Shown: in pieces, positions 60,827 to 64,000 of the stretch
How the letters are laid out: each line of letters begins with the position of its first letter
Numbering within the stretch: the stretch's first letter is position 1
Assembly (NCBI RefSeq): GCF_018350175.1
Contig: NC_058383.1
Location: forward strand, 12,526,001 to 12,590,000
Reading direction: 5' to 3'
DNA length: 64,000 bases
Origin: Felis catus
Lineage: Eukaryota
Notes under the pieces: generated by a model
The model's database searches: none
What the model was told of the DNA's origin: nothing
What the model saw: only the letters and a program-made list of their open reading frames with translations
Program-made: the position numbers and the translations under genes

Positions 60827-61307
60827 ATGATGATTAATTTTACATGTCAGCTGGGCCACAGGGTGCCCAGACGTTTAGTCAAACCGTATTCTCAGTATGT
60901 CTGTGAGGGTGTTTCTGGATGAGATTAACACTGAATCAGTAGACCGAGTCAAACAGATGGCCCTCTCTAATGCGGGTGGGCCTTGTCCAATCAGTTGAAG
61001 ACATGAACGGAACCAAAAGACTGAATAAGAGGGAACTCTATCTGCCACGCTGACTGGAGCTAGGATGTTGGTCTTTTTCTGCTTGGGACTCCAACTGAAA
61101 GATTGGCTTGGGTCTCCAGCTTGCAGATGACAGATCGCAGGACTCCTTAGCCACCATAACTGTGTGAGGCAATTCTTCACAATTCTTTCAGTTATATATG
61201 TATTACCTATATTTACATTATACTATTATATATATTCATCTCTTCCGGTGTAGATACAGATATAGATCCTAATGGTTCTGTTTCTCTGGAGGACCATGCC
61301 TAATACA
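60827..61307 (+). mobile_element. ERVL LTR (MLT2 family), near complete
   Basis: TGATGATTAATTTTACATGTCA..GTCTGTGAGGGTGTTTCTGGATGAGATTAACA..CCAATCAGTTGAAG..GGTTCTGTTTCTCTGGAG..CTAATACA. Confidence 0.9.
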
Positions 61308-61669
61308 CCTAGAGGCCATGGGTGGTCCGCCAGCTGCCCCGACCCCAACCCCCTCCCTTGTACCACCGTTCCTCTCTCTCCTTTCCCCCTCTCTCTCCTT
61401 CTGTTCCAGCCGTGTTGTCTTGTTGCCCCCCAAACATGAGAAGCCCTCTTCCTAGAATGTTCTTCCCTCCAGGATACGAGTGCCTCACACTTTCACTTCT
61501 TTCTGCCAACCATTAGATGACTATGAAGCTCTCCCAGATGCACGTACCTGAAATAGTGCGCACACACACACACACACACACACACGCCTTCCCACTTTAT
61601 TTCCCTTAAATTGCTTTGATTTTCTCTACAGCATTTATCAATATCTGCCATACTGCATGTTTACTCCAT

Positions 61670-62176
61670 TTTTTTAAGTTTACTTATTTATTTTGAAAGA
61701 GACAGAGAGAGCCTGCAAGGCGGAGAGGGGCAGAGGGAGTGGGAGAGACAGAGAATCCCAAGCAGGGAATCTTCCCCCGAGAGCGCAGAGCCCGACGTGG
61801 GGCTCGAGCCCACAAACCATGAGATCATGGCCTGAGCCGCAATCAAGAATCAGATGCTTGGGGCACCTGGGTGGCGCAGTCGGTTAAGCGTCCGACTTCA
61901 GCCAGGTCACGATCTCGCGGTCCGCGAGTTCGAGCCCCGCGTCGGGCTCTGGGCTGATGGCTCAGAGCCTGGAGCCTGTTTCTGATTCTGTGTCTCCCTC
62001 TCTCTCTGCCCCTCCCCCGTTCATGCTCTGTCTCTCTCTGTCCCAAAAATAAATAAACGTTGAAAAAAAAATTTATAAAAAAAAAGAAGGGAAATTCACA
62101 TGCTTGGTTTCTTTCTTTAAAAAAAAAAAAAAAAAAAAAGAATCAGATGCTTAACCGACTGAGCCCCCGAGGCTCC
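61670..62176 (-). mobile_element. Older Can-SINE split by a young SINE
   Basis: Antisense SINE 61670-61859 continues after 62152 as AACCGACTGAGCCCCCGAGGCTCC. Confidence 0.9.
61860..62137 (+). mobile_element. Young felid Can-SINE with 3' extra tag and second poly(A)
   Basis: 15-bp TSD AAGAATCAGATGCTT at 61845-61859 and 62138-62152. Confidence 0.96.
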
Positions 62177-62371
62177 GCAGAGTTTACTTGTTCTATTTGT
62201 TCAATGTCTATGCATGTGTCTCTTCCAACTAGAATATAAATTCCTTGAAAGTAACAAGTTTGCTATACTCCCCAAACCTTGATGACTACCCAGCATCTAG
62301 TACCTAGTAATGCCTTATGCCTATTTGTTGATTGGATTAATGAGTAGATGAAAGTTTTAAGTTTGACTTTA

Positions 62372-62586
62372 TCTTTTTTTTTTTCAACGTTTTTTATTTA
62401 TTTTTGAGAGAGAGACAGAGCATGAACGGGGGAGGGGCAGAGAGAGAGGGAGACACAGAATCGGAAACAGGTGCCAGGCTCCGAGCCATCAGCCCAGAGC
62501 CGGACGCGGGGCTCGAACCCACGGACCGCGAGATCGTGACCTGGCTGAAGTCGGACGCTTAACCGACTGCGCCACCCAGGCGCCCC
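62372..62586 (-). mobile_element. Young felid Can-SINE (SINEC_Fc-like)
   Basis: 14-bp TSD TAAGTTTGACTTTA at 62358-62371 and 62587-62600. Confidence 0.96.
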
Positions 62587-63747
62587 TAAGTTTGACTTTA
62601 GAAGGAGAGAAAGGCATTCTACGTAGATGTCAACAAAGGACATATAGACAATCGGTAGCAGATTAGGGTTTGCCGAGTGCTGCTTACGAACTAGGCAACA
62701 AAGAATTCAGGGGTTTGCCCTCTAACAAGGACCCAGAGGACAGACTCTCCATGCTGCAGATTAAAGGCTGATCTTTACACTTTTACAGCCTGCAGAGCAA
62801 AGAGCATATGTGACATTCTGGTCTATAAATTAAGGAGCCCAACCAGGATATAAGCTTGAGGTGAGTGAGTAGCCCTATGAAGGGCCAAGCCTGTCCTCAA
62901 AAAACAGCTCTGGGTCAGCTCCAGCACCGAGATAAATTAGAGACAGAAGCCCTAAAGTTCAATGCCAATGAGAACAGCTGCGATAATTTTTCATTGGAAA
63001 TAGCCCACCAGGGCCATAAAACCTCAATGAAGAAATCAAACAGAGAAGGTCTAGTTTTAAGCAATGTGACATTCCGGTAACATCTCCAAGAGAAGCTGGG
63101 GGGTAAAGTATTGCCCCACGTAAGTAAAGGGGCGGTCCCGCGCTAGACGGCTGTCAGAAGAAAGGCGAGAAAGTTCAAGTTGTGGTGCACCTCGTGCACC
63201 AGAAGAAAGGGACAAGGGGCTGGAGCCGGGGAGAGGTGGCTCCAGGCTGCGCTCGAGTAGCAACCAAATGGGCGACCCAGCGCTCGCTAACTTCCTCCAG
63301 CCGTGACACGGGGGATTAACCGCTCTACCCTGTCCCCCAGGGTAACAAGAGTCCAGTGAGAAAAGTTTGCATTAGACACTTAGAGAATGATAAGCCCCAC
63401 GTAAGTGTGAAATAATAGCAAGAAGCCATCAGCAGGGAGTGTCGCGTGAGATGTCCCACGGATGTAAGTTAGGTGGGAGACAAGACCAACTTCCGCCACA
63501 GCCTGCCCCCCTCAGCCACAAAAGGGCTTCCTGCCCGCCTGCCTGCCTCTTCCACCCATCCTAGTGTTGTTTCAATCGACGCTACATTGTCAAGCCGGGC
63601 ATGGACAGCAAGACGTCTCCTGGAGCCCTGTTGACGGGTGCAATGAGCCATCACAGACTATAAACATCATGCATGTTTGAAATGACGTATGTTCCGGGTT
63701 ATTTATCACGGCATTGTTTATAACAACAACAACAACAAAGATTGATA

Positions 63748-63961
63748 GAGGCGCCCGGGCAGCTCGGTCGGTGAAGCGTCCGACTTCGGCTCAGGTCGTG
63801 ATGTCACGGTTGGAGAGTTTGAGCCCCGCGTCGGGCTCCGTGCTGACAGCTCGGAGCCTGGAGCCTGCTTCGGATTCTGCGTCTCCTTCTCTCTCTCTCT
63901 GCCCTTCCCCCCGTTTGCACTCTGTCTCTCTCTCTCAGAAATAAATAAACATTAAAAAAAA
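63748..63961 (+). mobile_element. Can-SINE (Fc2-like)
   Basis: TSD AAAGATTGATA at 63737-63747 and 63962-63972. Confidence 0.95.
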
Positions 63962-64000
63962 AAAGATTGATAACAGTTTCAGGGTGGATTTCAGCAAATC

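Noticed and set aside
1..64000. Assignment of host gene, chromosome or exact species
   Set aside because: No exon or landmark I can recognise; needs BLAT against felid assemblies.

Overview
Eukaryotic, non-coding mammalian DNA, almost certainly from a cat-family (Felidae) genome. It holds about 34 tRNA-Lys-derived Can-SINE copies, six of them the young felid type starting GGGGCGCCTGGGTGGCGCAGTCGGTTAAGCGTCCGACTTCAGCCAGG. I recognise no protein-coding exon, RNA gene or CRISPR array; the long ORFs come from simple repeats, SINEs or GC-rich DNA. The window looks like a large intron or gene desert with ancient repeats (MIR, L2, L3/CR1, L1M, MLT1/MLT2 LTRs, an ERV1-type solo LTR, hAT MITEs), two large GGAT-based arrays and several repeat-free, motif-dense enhancer-like blocks. 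The best observations are a TSD-flanked, polyadenylated composite retro-insertion (36890-37291), a young SINE carrying a 33-bp 3' transduction tag (61845-62152), higher-order structure in both GGAT arrays and a palindrome-rich candidate enhancer (53100-53290). I found no convincing new biological system. Repeat subfamily names come from remembered consensus sequences and need a RepeatMasker/Dfam check; boundaries of old repeats are approximate.
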